Part shown: in pieces, positions 63,961 through 64,000 of the stretch
Position numbering within the stretch: position 1 is the stretch's first letter
How the letters are laid out: every line of letters starts with the position of its first letter
DNA from: Heterodontus francisci
Taxonomy: Eukaryota
Direction: 5' to 3'
Length of the DNA: 64,000 nt
Assembly: GCF_036365525.1 (NCBI RefSeq)
Contig: NC_090377.1
Coordinates: 97,085,141 to 97,149,140 of the forward strand
Program-made: the position numbers and the translations under genes
Notes under the pieces: generated by a model
The model's database searches: none
What the model was told of the DNA's origin: nothing
Seen by the model: the letters and a program-made list of their open reading frames with translations, nothing else

Positions 63961-64000
63961 GTAAGTTTACATATTTCATTTTAGTCTTGAAAAGCTGAAC

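Overview
Vertebrate genomic DNA, most likely a cartilaginous fish (shark or ray), judged from HE1-type V-SINEs, a DeuSINE and abundant CR1 and Penelope repeats. It holds the conserved COQ10B - HSPD1 - HSPE1 block. COQ10B is complete on + (5 coding exons, 2595-32497, 235 aa). HSPD1/Hsp60 is complete on - (11 coding exons, 62756-34670, 574 aa, all GT-AG, phases consistent) and lies tail-to-tail with COQ10B. The right end has a probable non-coding HSPD1 exon 1, a shared promoter with a heat-shock element, and the ATG-only first coding exon of HSPE1 (63958-63960). Nearly all other ORFs in the track are transposon debris or spurious. The introns are full of nested CR1, L2-like, RTE, Penelope-like (PLE), SINE and MITE insertions. 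The most unusual signals are three. (1) Short PLE insertions, mostly with ~14-bp target-site duplications, whose truncation or fold-back junctions repeatedly fall inside a minimal hammerhead-ribozyme motif; one intact copy lies in the sense orientation of HSPD1 intron 8, and two copies form near-perfect 77-92 bp hairpins in COQ10B introns. (2) A single-ORF LINE that starts with a tRNA-type A/B-box head and has short internal-deletion derivatives. (3) An unclassified ~1 kb fold-back element, present twice, carrying CTCF-like and CRE motifs. I cannot claim any of these is a new system: all may already be in repeat databases. All calls were made by eye, and repeat boundaries are approximate.
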